In this document: positions 39,319 through 53,300 of the stretch, in pieces
How positions within the stretch are numbered: position 1 is the first letter of the stretch
Layout: each line of letters begins with the position of its first letter
DNA from: Ancylonema sp.
Lineage: Eukaryota
Length of the DNA stretch: 64,000 nt
Reading direction: 5' to 3'
NCBI GenBank assembly: GCA_050230475.1
Contig: JBFLGF010000005.1
Location: 62,001 to 126,000, forward strand
Notes under the pieces: generated by a model
Told to the model about the DNA's origin: nothing
What the model saw: only the letters and a program-made list of their open reading frames with translations
Database searches by the model: none
Translations under genes and position numbers: made by a program

Positions 39319-41200
39319 GAATTATTATCATCAAACAAATAGTTTGCTTGATGAACATCGCACATCATTGTAGTGGTGACGTACAAAATCACTTGAGAAG
39401 CATATGTGACTCGACTGAAGACCACAATGATTCTAAATTAGAATTTCTAACGTCGACATAGACTGCAGAATGCCAACAACTCGGGAAAAAATATTCCCCC
39501 AAAAAGTGAACCTGCCAAGCCACTCGTGTGTGTTTACCTCCGATAGCGTGGTCACCGGAGTATTCCTGAATACATGATTCTTGTGAATGAATCTAGTTGG
39601 TTACTCCATTTTGTACCCTCACAAGACGCCCAGGGAATCGCTGGGAGGAAGTATCGTGGCCCTTCTTTGGGGCATGACGTCACACGGGTCTAATTGCGTC
39701 CTCTCCGAATTTGAAAATCCCTTTTGTGAGCGATTATGACTCAACTGTGTCATATGATGCACAATCCGAAATCACAAAAGATATCAGGCTTTGCTTTGTT
39801 GTAAATGTTTATCTATCATACTATCACTACTACATACTATGACTATCACTACTCGTAACATAAGTGATAAGTACTAATTTAGAATGTAAGCAAATGATCT
39901 AATTTTTGCTTAGAGATTTTTTTCAAGAACTTGTTCACGCGAACAGAATGCCAAATAGTGCCCAAGCAATGGCGTGTCATGCGGTCACAAAGAAAGAAGA
40001 TGTACTTGTATATCTATCATGTGTTTTGACCTTCGAAGTTGCAGACAACTTAGAAACAACAAGTTCGTCGTCAACAATCCTAAACGACTCGAGATCTTGA
40101 ACATCTCTCGACCACTTTTGCACCAAAACGTTTCTTGCAATCATGGTTAATTTTTTTTATTGGTTTTTAGACTCACTAGAAGCAAGTGAATCTCCCTGAA
40201 AATGACCCAAGGACAAAATTACGTAGTCTCATGATGAGTCACGATGAGAGACAAATGAGATTCTGACTCTCATCTGTCTCTCATCGTGACTCTGAGTACT
40301 ATTCAACCACGATGAAATAGGGGGGAAGTCAGTTTGGACTTAGTTAGCATTTATGTTACTTGTTAGCATAGTTGGCTCAGAAGGACTCTGAGGTACAAGG
40401 AACGCATTCCAAAAATGTCATGTTTGAAAGTGTGGAATGTTGAGACTTTTGAGAAGAAATGGAAGACATACGAGGAAGGAGATACGAAATACAAGTGATT
40501 GTGTGAGACTTGAGAATTAGTAACTCGGTAGCCCCAATTCGCTTGTGTAGACAAAATTTCCAATTATGTTGAGTTATGTGAAATAAATTGAGCAGACACC
40601 ATGAAAATTCACCTAATAAAAAATTCACAAATTTGGACCTCTCATTGGCACAAGATGATAATGTTTTACAAACAAGTTTCATACACATAATGTTCGAAGT
40701 ACGTTTGGAGCATGTTCGTATGAAATATGTTCGTGACGACGATGTTTACAAGGATTTTAAATACTCGTGTTGTCTTCGTGTTATCTCAAAACAGATGTAA
40801 TCCTTTCACCCAAAAACATTATTCGTTTCCGTATCACTGAAGCAAGTGACAATATGAATATAAATTTGACTATTTTGCTCAACCGCATCATGACGATGAG
40901 ATTTCTATAAATAGTGCATTAATTTCAAACCTGCTAAAACTATTTTGAACCATCAACGAACCTAGATAGTGGTTAACAATAACGGTTGAAATCATAGCGG
41001 AAGGACGGAGCGAAGTTGGGATGTCATTGAATGATACGATGACTCATGGTCCTTCGGATCCTCTCCTTACATCTCGAACATCAAATCAAGGAAAACACAA
41101 CGGACACAACATTCGACAAATAAACAATTCTTGAGCATTAGAATCTAAAAGTCTGAAGAGCCTCAATTTTTTTTTTTTTTTTTGATGATTTCGTACTCCT

Positions 41201-42405
41201 TTATTCCGTGTTTGGAAGGATGACGTCCACCCACACCTCTTGCTTCCTATTCACAATTGTGAAGGGGCTGCTGTACCCAACGAAGGTGACACTACTCTCG
41301 TCATACTTGAATTTATCATTGTCAAGTAACTTCTTAAGCTCTAACCACTTCGTTAAGTACACTTGATCATTTGGGAAGCCCCCAAAAGGACCCAACACGG
41401 CCTTTGTTGATGACGATGGGTGTCTGATAACAATATTGGCATTGGTCGGTTGAGGGACGGTGGACTCATTGAACCGACTTGGGACAAAGAAACTGATGGA
41501 GTATCCATTGGACTCTGGCACAGGCTTGATGAGGACAGGTGCCGTCATCTCCACTGAAACCTTTGGAGTGTTCTGACCAGAGATGTAATAGAAGCATCGG
41601 TAGAACCCATCTCTGATTGCATCGCTGTACTTCTCGTTCGCGACAATTGTCGTCGCCCACATCTGAATGAAAGAGGGAGGGACAGGGCGGTTACATTCAC
41701 ATTGGGAGCCAAATTGTCTAGTGTTACCAGCGATGAGATTCTGTACACGAACAATCGTTTTTGTGTCATTCAACTCTTAAAGTGCGATCAATCTCCTGCA
41801 CTTGCTGCTCCTTGTAAAACCACCAACTCTGAACCCTATTGAAAGACTCGAGTACAGTTGATGCTTACACGAAACAAGATGCCATGTGCAACAATTCTGC
41901 TCTGGTTTTTTTTTTTTTGTAGAATGAAGTAATGTTGCTACAATAAGTTACCGGGCATTCACATATCGAGGAAGTAATAATTGCGCCACGCTGATGTCTA
42001 GATTGGTTGTACTTTCTGACACATCACCTGCAGATACGTCATGTCTCGGCCGATAGACCCTACAGCTCAGAGTGGGTATACCAGAATCAGAAAATTCTCT
42101 GCGAGGATGCAGTTAAAGACATCTGTAGGCGAGAAACGGCCTAAGCGAGAAACGGACATGCTTACCTCGCCACTGGGGAACTGACGCAGCTCATAGCTGT
42201 CATTTTGTGTGACGACTTTGCATTCAGGGGTTTCAATGGAGAGCTGCGGGCCGCAATTAGACGCAGCGTCTTTATCCACTGAGCTCGGCAGCAGCAGCCA
42301 GGAGGTCATGCTTCCGAAGCGAGCGTGACTGAATTCAGCTGACGTCAGTAGTAACAAGATGGAGAAAAATACAGGGAGAGCCATCTTCGTAGGCACACCA
42401 TTCAT
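41201..42405 (-). CDS. SOUL heme-binding family protein with predicted signal peptide, 2 exons
   Basis: Exons 42405(or 42384)-42166 and 41662-41201. Motifs IETPEC..YELRQF, GFYRCFYYISGQN, VEMTAPV, FFVP, FGGF, YSSPF, RKQEVW. Confidence 0.92.
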
Positions 42406-43044
42406 TTTTAGTGGCGAAAGGCAGAGTGGTCGGCTGCAGGATTTTTGGCAGCAACCAGATGCATTCACAAGATCCCTGACCACTCGGCCCTCCACCAGCA
42501 CGGATGCATCTCTACTTAGTTGGCTCCGCCCCGGGTGGTTTTTTTCCCCCGGGCGATTACACTCGGGGCGGCCTAGCCGGCGAAAAATACGGGGCGGAGC
42601 CCAAAAAAAAGGGAGAGACTGCGGGCACCCCCCAAAGCGACTGCGGGCACCCCCCTCCGACTGGCCTGCAGTCTTTCCCTTAAAATAAGGTAAGTTCCAA
42701 AAACCATAGCTTCCAAACTAGGGATCGGCGAGCGCAGAGCGCAGCGAGCGCTTGAGCGCAAGATCATGCGCTCATGAGCGCATGAGCGCAGAAATTCCCA
42801 AAATCTGCCATGAGCGCAGCTCATAAGCGTGAGCGTATTAGAGCGCATGATGTTTGAAGCGCTCATGCGCTCATTCGCCCACATAACGCTCATGCGCTCA
42901 TTATGCGCTCATCATGCGCAACTTAGGGATTGGAAAGCCGCCAGAATGTTTGGTTGACCGCGCAACTCGGACCGGCGAGCGCATGATCTCAAGATCATTC
43001 GCTCATGAGCGCATGAGCGCATTATCGCCGGCGTTATCCTAAGA

Positions 43045-46000
43045 CCCCTTTCAATAGAGAAAGACGCATTTTATTCAAGCACGATGGGAACCCCATCTGA
43101 GTACAACACCAACGTTATCGTACCAACCTAAAGGAACAGAAGAAGGAAAACAACCCCAATCGTAAAACAACCGAGCAACAATCCATAACTCTGTTGACGA
43201 CAATAACACCCGCGGAGGGGGGGGAGGTAACAGAGCCATACCCTCTTCCAATCGCAATGTCCTAGCATGGATTGCATGTGCTAGAGAACGTTGTAAAGCA
43301 ATAGAAACTCTCTGCCGAAACCAAGTAACTAAAAACTAACATTCCGCCCCGATCGCCCATTCAGTTCGCCGCACGGTGAGCACAATCCACCAATAACCGA
43401 TTGCTTGCATCGGAAAGCGAAGCGCAATGTACGTCTCTAACGCAAACGGGATAAACTTGGTCCCTGCCGCGCGATCTGAGTTTCTTTGCGCCGTTTTGCA
43501 TCTTCTGCGGCCACCAACCCTGACAAGCCGCCAATCCACCAAGTCACGCCGCGTGGGGTCAGCAATGACCACATCCACCAAAATATGCCCCTCCACCAAA
43601 TCCGAAATAACAATATCCACTCGCCCCTCACGACCGCCCGGAGCGGAGGACGGAAGAAACCCCGTACGTTCACATTGAACATGCTGACCCGACTCGCGGA
43701 GGATGTGATGTACGGAATCTCGCACCGAGTCATGAGATGAAGTGCGCTCCACCCCTCGACTGCAGCGCATAAGATGCGTACCCAGGGCGTCCATAGAGTT
43801 GCCGCACGTGCACGTATCATAGGTAGCAAGGCAAGGGTGGGGAAACCCGAGGCGCAGGCGCACGGCAGTAAGGAATAGGGGAGGGGGGATACGAAGGGAG
43901 GGAATGATGGGGGACGCCACCGGATCCACTAGCGGACCGAAGCCTCGCCCTGGATGTCGCGAGATCGGTGCTCGTCTAAAGGAATACTGTCCCACAAGCA
44001 CCTCAAACGCAGCAGCGTGGGTAGCATCAAGAAGTGTCGGCTGCAAGTGAGGAACAAAAGCCACGGCCAAGGTGGCATATGGAGGCAGTGCCGCGCGAGC
44101 TGTTGGGTGAAGAAGCTCTCGCGCTTCTCGAAGCACGATTTGTGTTCGTAAACCTCCCTCGTCCACAGTGCTGAAAAACGGGCCGAATGATAAACCGTGC
44201 TGCTGGAAAGCTGATGCGAGTGCAGGCGCGGCGAGAGCATAAGAGCCAATAAAAGCAACTGGGGCAAGAACCCGTGTACGAACCAAACCCACGCCCCCCC
44301 GGGCGATCGACAAACAAGCTTGGTCATGCGACAAACCAATATGGTCCGAAGTGCAACCAACCACCCCGCCCAATAGATCTGCTCTACAACCCTCCACAGC
44401 GTCGCATCATACTCCCCGAGCTGGTTGAGGAAGGAAGAGATAGGGTGGCAAGTACGCAGTAGATACGATGGACGAGCAGCAAACACCTGCGTAAGTAGGC
44501 GGAGGGCCACCTGCGGATCCTCAAGGAGGCATAATTGTTAGAAGACCCCGCGTATCTACCTCCAACGCAGCTGCCAGGAAGCCTCGCACAAACTCGTTCG
44601 TCCCAAAAGGCGCCCCCAACACACGAATGCCATCTGTAGCATAAGAGCACCCCTTCGGAAGAATCGGAAACACCTCCCGACCAGACGGTGACCACGCCAC
44701 ACACTTGGATGACTGCACGGAAAGGCCGAGTTTTTCGAGCTCCTCCACAAAAAACTTAAAAGCCTCCACCACACGGGGAGGGGACCCCACGATATGGGTG
44801 TCATCTGTAATTGAAGGAAAGGCGCAGTCCGGAAATGCCGCTGCGGTGGATCGAAGAGCCTGCTGGTGTCCGACGGCGAACAATACCCCTCCAAGGGGAT
44901 CCCCCAGACGAGTCCCGGTCGAAGACGCCAACTCCACTACCTCCTCCCCCCCCGCCAGATCACGAACACGGAAGAATAGGGGGGAAGACCCCCCATAAAA
45001 AGCTCGTACAAACGGGAACAAACTACTCAACCCCCCCCCCCGAATCACAGCTCCTCAAAGAACGCCTGGCGGTTGATGGTGTTGAATGCGTTTTTCACGT
45101 CCACCTGGATGACACCCCAAGATAGACGCGCGTCCAAAAGAAGTCGCACCCCCCAGATTACCATCTCACACCCCCTTTTAAAAGCAAAGCCGTAGTGCCA
45201 TTCGAAATGGTCGTGAAGCGCCTCCCGGATCTGAAGGCATATCGCACGGTTGATCAAACGATAAAACCCCTCCCCCACAGCAAGGGGACGTACCTGCCCC
45301 GCCACCCTTATCCAACGCCACCAGCCGAGATGCCCCCAATAGATGACAAATAGACGCCGGAATACGACCCCTCGCAACATGAGCAGCCACGTGGAACAAG
45401 GAGGTCAAAACCACTAGCAGGGTCATCCGGATCGAGAACGGTCACCGAAAATGTTCAAACACCATTCCAGACAACCCTGCAGCAAAATGGCTTGGGGCCC
45501 CTCGCAACGCCACAACGAATGAGTCCCTCTCGAGAATGAAATCGTCGGGAGGCCTAAAATCCCCAACAAAATCTGGGAGAGCAGCCGGGGCAATGGGGTG
45601 CAAGTCACGCAGCTGTGCCACAGTCTCTTCCGTCCCACGCGCTAGAGATTGTGACACTAGGGCCCGAGCTGACCGCGACAGCTCACCACTCCTTCCCAAA
45701 AAAAGCGCACGTTTAAGATTCCCCCCACCCCCTCCACCTTCCCCAATTGTGCCTCCGACGTCCCCACTTCTTCCCGCCTCCCACCTCCCACCATCCGTCC
45801 CCTCCCCCGTCCCCCCCCCTCCGCTGCTGCCTCTCTCCTGAGGGGGTGGGGTACAGCGAGCAATATGCTCATGATGCAGCGATTCCCAATCCCCCCCAAG
45901 AAATCGAGTAATACGTCGCCTCGTTTCCCTATGGCCAGCCTGACCCCCGTGGTGTGGGAGGGGAAGGCACCAAAAAGGAAACATCAAAAATACCTTCCAC

Positions 46001-46390
46001 GCAGCAATATCCCCAGGGTCATCCCTCAAGCGACGGAGCGGAAGCACAAAAGCGCGCTGGACTTCTACTCGGATGGCATAAGGGATCTTCCGATATAGGC
46101 GGGGCTGGCACAATCCTGTGGCAGTAGGATCGCAAAGTGTAGTATCGAGGGCCCACGACCACGGAAGACGGAGGTGGGAGGCGGGGAAGGGCCGTGAAGC
46201 ATGTGCGGGGCCTCCCCCACTCAATGCAGGGGCCGGAACACATAATGCGACATGACGTGCCAACCATGCGGCGCCCGTATAGTGATTTCCACAATTGTTG
46301 GGGCAGTAAATCAAAGGCCTACCCCTAGCTGAAAGCTGGGGGAGGGACCCTTGAGTCCCTCCCCCTCCGGCCGTTGCCGTAGGGTCTCAA
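43045..46390 (-). mobile_element. Degenerate non-LTR retrotransposon with restriction-like endonuclease (CRE/R2-group type)
   Basis: N-terminal Zn finger CPNNC..H...C. RT motifs RPLAVGE, QVDVKNAFN, GDPLG, ITDD. CCHC knuckle CTCG..H..RC followed by RVDIV..VDV..K..Y-like RLE and FIPFALET. Several frameshifts. aataaa near 43072. Boundaries approximate. Confidence 0.85.
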
Positions 46391-49300
46391 ACTAGGCCAA
46401 AATCAGCTGAAAACGAAATGATATAACACCTACTTGGGTTCAAAATATAGCCTGTACAAAGGGCTACTTAAATCCAAGAATGGACAAGATGTAAAAAAAA
46501 AAAAAAAAAAAAAAAAGGAATATAGAGATATGCGACACTTAGGAAAGATCGCGTGACTGCCTCCCGGGCGCGGTGATTTGAATGCGGAGGCCAAACGGAT
46601 AATCACCACGCAGGCGATCCGTAGAATCACGTAACGTGGCGCAGCTTAAACTGAAGCTGGTAAGAATAGCTACCCACAGCACTTTACGGCATAGAAAATG
46701 AAGGCGTAATGAGGGCACTAGACGAAGACACGTGGCCTGACGTTTTATGCTTAATTAACCAGTACGAGATGTCTAGGACATCTGAAAATATCAAAAAATA
46801 TTGAATACTTGTCGGATTTGAATTCTACAAATATCTTCTGCCAGTATTAACCGTAGATGTACCCGCCCGCAGGCGGGGATATTTTCGCCCGCCTCGCCCG
46901 CGCGCTCGGCCGCTCGTTCCGGGCGCGCTGAATTTCGGGATGGGAGATGTTACGCGCAGACTGGTAACGACTGCGCGCAGACTAAATCCTGCGCGCAGAA
47001 TACGTAATCGCGCCCAGTCTGCCATTCTCGTACCGGTGATTTGGCCGTTCGAAACTTGCCGTCAAAATTAATCAGATAACCCGGACTGCACACGTGTAAC
47101 AATATTGCCACATCAGCGAAACGAAGCATGAGGTTCGGTAGCCTCCCTTTCCACTCAATTCGGTCTTACTAGCGGACCGTCCACTCCGGGCTACTGTCAT
47201 CCGCAGCCCTTCAATTTAACCGATCTGAGCGAATATGACACCAAATTGAAAGCGAAGACACGCTGTGTGATCCCACTTTCAAATCACATTGGAAAAAAAA
47301 AATGCAAAATAATTTTGACGCCATAATTTAGCACAGTATTTGAAACAATATTATGGCAAGAAAGCGCGCGCGAACAGCGTAACAAGTAGGAATTAAAACT
47401 TTATTATTATTTTTCTTGCGGAAGGTACAGAAGAATGTCAGAGAAATATATTCATCGTGAAATTTTGAAGAAAGGTGGGGTATGCACTCGATGCGGATAA
47501 GTCGTGGCTGCCAAGGAAGGTAGTAAAGAGAGCGAATCGGGAGAGGCCGTCGGTCGGATGAAGCTGGTTCACGTACAGCGGCAATTATGCCACGATAAAC
47601 CGAGATACTACCAAAGATTCACGCCAACATTACGGGTAGTACCGGGAGAGTTCGACGGCAAGTTTTTAACGGCCAAATCACCAGCCGGTACCCTTAGTCT
47701 GCGCGGAGTCGTTGCCAGTCTGCCCTTTCGGGATTTCAAGAAGGGAGAGACTGCGGGCACCCCCCTAAGCGACTGCGGGCACCACCCTCCGTAATAGTGA
47801 ACGGGCATCCGACGAAAATTATCTCTACAGAGTGTCCCGGACCGATGTGTTGTGACGTTTTTCGGTATCACTGTCTCGGAGCTACCTCCTCGCTCCTGCC
47901 ACTGTCCCTGTAGGTGCCTTCATGCTCGCTGCTGCGTGCGTCCTGCGGTCCGCTTCGGATTCTGCGGTTCGGAATCTCCGTGTGCTGCATGCGGTAATTG
48001 ATTTGCTCCCACTGTGCAACTGTGATTTGTGCCACTGTAATTACGCGCTGCGGTTGCTCGCTACATGGGGTGGTGTCTTATTTTCCGCTGCTTGTAGCTC
48101 GTTGCCGAGGTCCCGCGATGTTCATGCCGACTGCTAACGTGGATACATTGATTTTTATTTCTTCAGAGGCTGGTCAGACGATCGTATGGACGTTGGGAAG
48201 TACCTAGTGAACAGATAAGACAAGTAGGCACGCCATGCCATGCTGAATGTGTCGCAACTCCAAGATGGATTTGCCGCTTCTTTCCTATACCTAAGCTTCA
48301 GAATTAGGTGTCGCGCAAGAAGCGGCTCGCGCGAGTGAATGCTGCCTAGAGCTCCCCCTCACATCTGAAATGTAGTCTGAAGCAATCCTTCAGAAAATGT
48401 GACATTCTGAACCAGTCCTTCAGAAAAGGTGATGACATACAGAGAGGGAGATGGAGAGGGATATAAGCTATATATTCATACCTTCAGCAGACATAGCTAT
48501 TTTTTGATTTTATCATACAACGTGAGATAGAAATGGGGAGAGGGACACAAAGTAGTATATTTTTTACAATCTTGGTCAAAATTCGGTTGTACGAGCGTTG
48601 AATGGAGATCCATTGTGGATTTTATTTTTAGACGCATTTTTATTTATTTTTTCGTGTCTCGAAAATGTCGCTTTGAACACTTATTTTTAGTATTTTAACG
48701 CCATTGAAATGTTGCTTCATTTTTTGCATTTTATGGGAAGATTGGATGCATGTTTTGGGGGATAATTATGGGAAGTGTGGGTGTAACCAATCAATTGTCG
48801 TTTATATTCTTTTGTTGTTTATCCTTTCTTATTACAGTTGTCACTCCCGCTTGACCCACCCGCCCCACCCGCCCCACTTGGCCCCCCACCATCAGAGACT
48901 ACAGTCTACGCATCCCGGAAGGAGTTGTTTGGCTAAGTGCAAACACATATTCTTCATTTAGGATACGCTATCACTACTAAAAGGTCGAATAAAAGTGTGA
49001 CCATTTGTCACTGTGATCGAGGGGGTAGTTATAAGAATTGTTGGGCAGTTGTGGACGGAAATCGATAACAAAGAATAAGGTCCTGACAGGTAGGTCCCGG
49101 GCACTCCTGTGTTACGCACCCAAACCCTGTAAATTTCCAACCTTTCGTGGAGCAATGCCACCTGGAGGTATGAATCATTAGCTCGTAGCCTCTTCACATC
49201 TGCGAAAAGTGAAAAGTGAAAGGCAAACAGTAAACTATATGAGCCCATTCATTGCTTACTTACACCCAAGTGTAACTACAAACATCCCCACTTGTATACC

Positions 49301-49942
49301 TCTCCCTCTCCCGCTCTCTATCTCACCTTATTTGAAAGAGTGCTTCAGACTACGGATTCAGATGTGAGGGGGACCTCTCCAATCTCAAGGCAACAATCAC
49401 TCGCATCGGCCACTTCTTGCACGATAGCTATTTGTCATGCTTTTGTATGAGAAAGAAGCGCCAGATCCAACTTAAAGTTGCGCCAGTTTGTGCTTCCCCA
49501 CGCTATCCGGAATCAACATACATTAATACGCTTTCGCACGCAGCGAGCAGCCACACCACGCAATCACATTGGCAGAGTGGGAGCACGGCACTCACATAAT
49601 CGAGTACGCGGAGATTTTGCAGCGGAGAACACGAACCGGACAGCAAGACGCACGCAGCAGCGAGTATGGGGGCACACCGACAAAAGTGGCAGAAGGGATG
49701 ATGTGGCTCCGATCTGTAGGACAGAAGCGGGCTACAAGCAGCGAATCATAAGACACCACCTCATGTAGCGAGCAACCGCAGCGCGCAATTACAGTGGCAC
49801 GAATCACAGTTGCACAATGGGAGAAAATCAATTACCGCATGCAGCAGACGGAGATTCCGCAGCGCATAATTCGAAGCGGACAGCAAGACGCACGCAGCAG
49901 CGAGCATGGATGCACCTGCAGGGACGCAGCGACAGTGGCAGG

Positions 49943-50395
49943 TATAAGCTTTTGAGTGATTAGACGTGCAAGATAATTTGGTGGGCGAAAAAACGAACCA
50001 TACGCAAAAGGATCTCTATCACTAATGATCAACGAGACAGGAGTTGCGTGTGTGGAACGAATTATTCTTGTGATCGCATCGGGGATGGTAATACCCGATG
50101 CGCTTTACAGATTGTTGTGTGCCGACGGTCGGCACAATTGACCGTCGGCCTATCATTGAATCATTGCTCTTCTACATGTCAACGGCACATGCCGGACATT
50201 TCTGACACGACTAAACAAGCCAATCACGACGCGTCAAACAAATAACGTCTCTAAGCGTCGGCAACATGTCAGGTGCCCGGGCACAAACTGCCCCGCATAC
50301 AGATAGACACATCTAGGAATATTGCTCCCGGTTAGAGTAACCGGTTACAACTGGACTAGCAAGCATAACATATGGCTATCCAAAATATTCCAACA
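49943..50395 (-). repeat. 3' LTR of Copia copy 1
   Basis: Direct repeat of 56090-56539; PPT gagggggtg immediately upstream on the minus strand. Confidence 0.92.
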
Positions 50396-53300
50396 CACCC
50401 CCTCGGATGCCATGCTAAAGTTGGCATATATGCAGACATCAAAAGGAGTACCCAAGTCATTGCCAAATCATGGCAGAACCATTGCATAACATATAAAGCA
50501 GTTTTGGTCCCCTAAGCGTGCTAGGGGTTTCTATGCCCTATCGACAAATGCAGCCGTTCGGAAGCCGATCGGAACTCCATGAAGTCGAAAGCTCCAGATC
50601 CTTAGTCGTTTTTCAGGCGAAGCCCTGAACATACAAACAAATACCACAAGTTAAGGCGAAAAACAAAAAAACTTAAGAAAATATTTTTATTTTAACTTTT
50701 TCAACCAACTTCATGATTCTGAAAATTTTACACTTTCCAGTCAGAAAAATCTCAAAACAGCATAACTTCAAAATTAAGTCCTGCCACCAACTGACACAAG
50801 TTTTAACAATGATTAGGACATACATTCGAAAATTCAGAACAAACTGAAGCACAAACTGACAAGTTTAAAGTTGAGCAGATCCACACTTTCTGATCTTAAA
50901 GTGTCCTTAAGTGTCCTTAAGCGTTTTCAAGTGTTCTTTAAAGGTAAGAGTGTGACTTAGCTGGATGAGCTGAAGTTGTTGTACCCTCCCCATTACTTCT
51001 GTATGAAAGAAACATAACAACACACCCCCTGCCAACATGCATGGCATTCGAAACCTCTGATCATAAAAATATAAAAAAGACTGACACCCCCAGTTCAGTA
51101 TAACCGTCCAAAACCTAGACTTTTGCTGTGTCTGTCCAGTAAACTTGAGCTTTGGTTAGCATATCTGCTGGTTGATTGGCGCGCCTTGCTTGCGCCTGCA
51201 AGGTACACATACTTTAGTCTCCCCGTGCTGTGGCATTCCCGTACCCTGTGACAGTGATATACCACATTAAAATGTTTTGCTTTCTGTCGTTGCACAGGGT
51301 AGGGTTCTGGATCATGCATGGAGAGAGCTGAGGTGGAGTCAGTGTGGATTGTGATTTGGTTTGGAAACTTGAGTGAGTTCTTTCAAGAGAGACTTTAGAT
51401 AGCTAGCAGCACTCCTTAGACACACTACAGACAGCAATTTATTCAGCCTCAGCAGTGCTCTGTGCAACAGTGGACTGCTTCTGCGACTTCCAACTCAGTG
51501 CTGTCCCCCCAACCGTGGTTACCCATCCTGTGACTGACTTGCCCGTCATACTGCAGCTGTTCCATGATGCATCGCAGTAACCCTTTACTTCAAAGCTGTC
51601 TTTTCCCACAAACGTCAGTCCGTGGTTCACAGTCCCTTTAAGGTATCTGAATAATTGATGTAATGCCCTTATGTGTGCCACCCCAGGATTTCCCATGTGT
51701 TTAGCCAATACCCCTAGTGCATACCCGATGTCCAGTCTGGTTTGTTTCATGGGGCGTATATGAGAGATCCCACTTTTCCTCGAAAGTCTGTTATTTCTTC
51801 AGGGGTAGGGGGAAGGGTAGGTTCATTATCTTGCGTAAACTGAGTTCCAGGGGCCAGAGGGAGTTTTGTTGGATTACACTCGTGCATCCCATAGCGTTCA
51901 AGCACTCCCCTTAAGAAACCTGACTATCCCAGTGTGAGCAGTTTTCTCTGTCTATCCCTCTTCACTTCCACCCCCAGGATATGGGTTAGGGGACCCAGAT
52001 CCTTGACTTTAAACTTTTTTACCCATGTCTTTTAAAAGTTTTGACCACCATTGCGTTGTGTTAGGACCTGTGATCACCTGATCATCTACATGTATGCCCA
52101 GTATGATTCTGCTGTCTCCTTCCATATATATACATGTGTCCATTGCGCACTGTGTAAACCCTTTAGATATCATAAACTTTCTGAACATCTCCTGCCACAC
52201 GTGGCTACTCTGTTTTAGACCGTATAGAGCACCCTTCAGTCGTAAGACCTTTCCCTCAGCACCCCCTTTGATATGCATACGTGGTGGTATTTTCATATAA
52301 ACTTCTTGTTCCAAACGTCCATGCAGGAACGCTGTGATTACGTCCATCTGTTCCAGTTCCCAGTCATATTGGTTGGCTATAGAGAGGAGTAGGGTGATAG
52401 ATGTACTTGTCGATTACTGGTGCAAATACTTCTCGTTATAGTCAATACCCTCTTAAGAATCCCTGTGCGACCAGTCTGACTTTATATCTTTCAATATCCC
52501 CTTGTGGTGTTGTTTTGACCTTAAAAACATATCTACACCCCACAGCCTTTTTACCTGGAGGAAGAAGAACACACACCTCAAAGGTGTCGAACGTCTCCAG
52601 GGCAGCGAGCTCTTCCACGATGGCTCTGTCCCACTGGTCCCAGTCTGGCCTCATCATGGCATGGTTGAGGGTGAGTGGCTCGGAGGAGTTGCTGTTTGAT
52701 GCTACGCATGCGTAGCCAGGATCGACAGGACCGTTGAAGCCAGTGTAGAAGCAGCTGGGCTCCCACTCAGTCGCTGAGTAGTTGGCATGGGCTGCGTCAT
52801 CGAACTCCCCTCCCCATCACATCACATGAGATCCCCATAATTCAGCAAAGTTGGCTCGTTTCTTCTGGCCATCACCCGATCAGCTATGCTGCCTGGCTCC
52901 CCTGGGTTCGCACCCCCTCCTTGCACCTCCTCCTCCCCTGCATCTCCACCTCCTGCGTTGTTGATCCCTGACTGGCTGTCGGACAGCTCAATCGTGACGT
53001 TAGGAACCTCAGCAGCTTGTGGCTGGAAGTTGTCGTGCGGATGGTCGTTGGCAGCTGCTGGCTCAGGGACTGCTGGTTTTGCTGGTGCTGGGATTGGCTA
53101 CAGAACTGCTGGCATCGGCTGCAGAACTGCTAGCATGATTGGGTGGACTGCTGCTGCTGGCATGTTGGGGTGAACTGCTGCTGCTGGCACAACTGCTGCT
53201 GCGGGTTCATCTTCGGTGTCGGGGAATAGATAGAAAAAGTGTTTTTCTGCTGCCACCTGAACCTGGGGAGCTTCTCCCCCCCATGAGCTTCGAGTACCCC

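Noticed and set aside
46493..46516. Poly-A run as the LINE tail
   Set aside because: Wrong end and wrong strand for the minus-strand element
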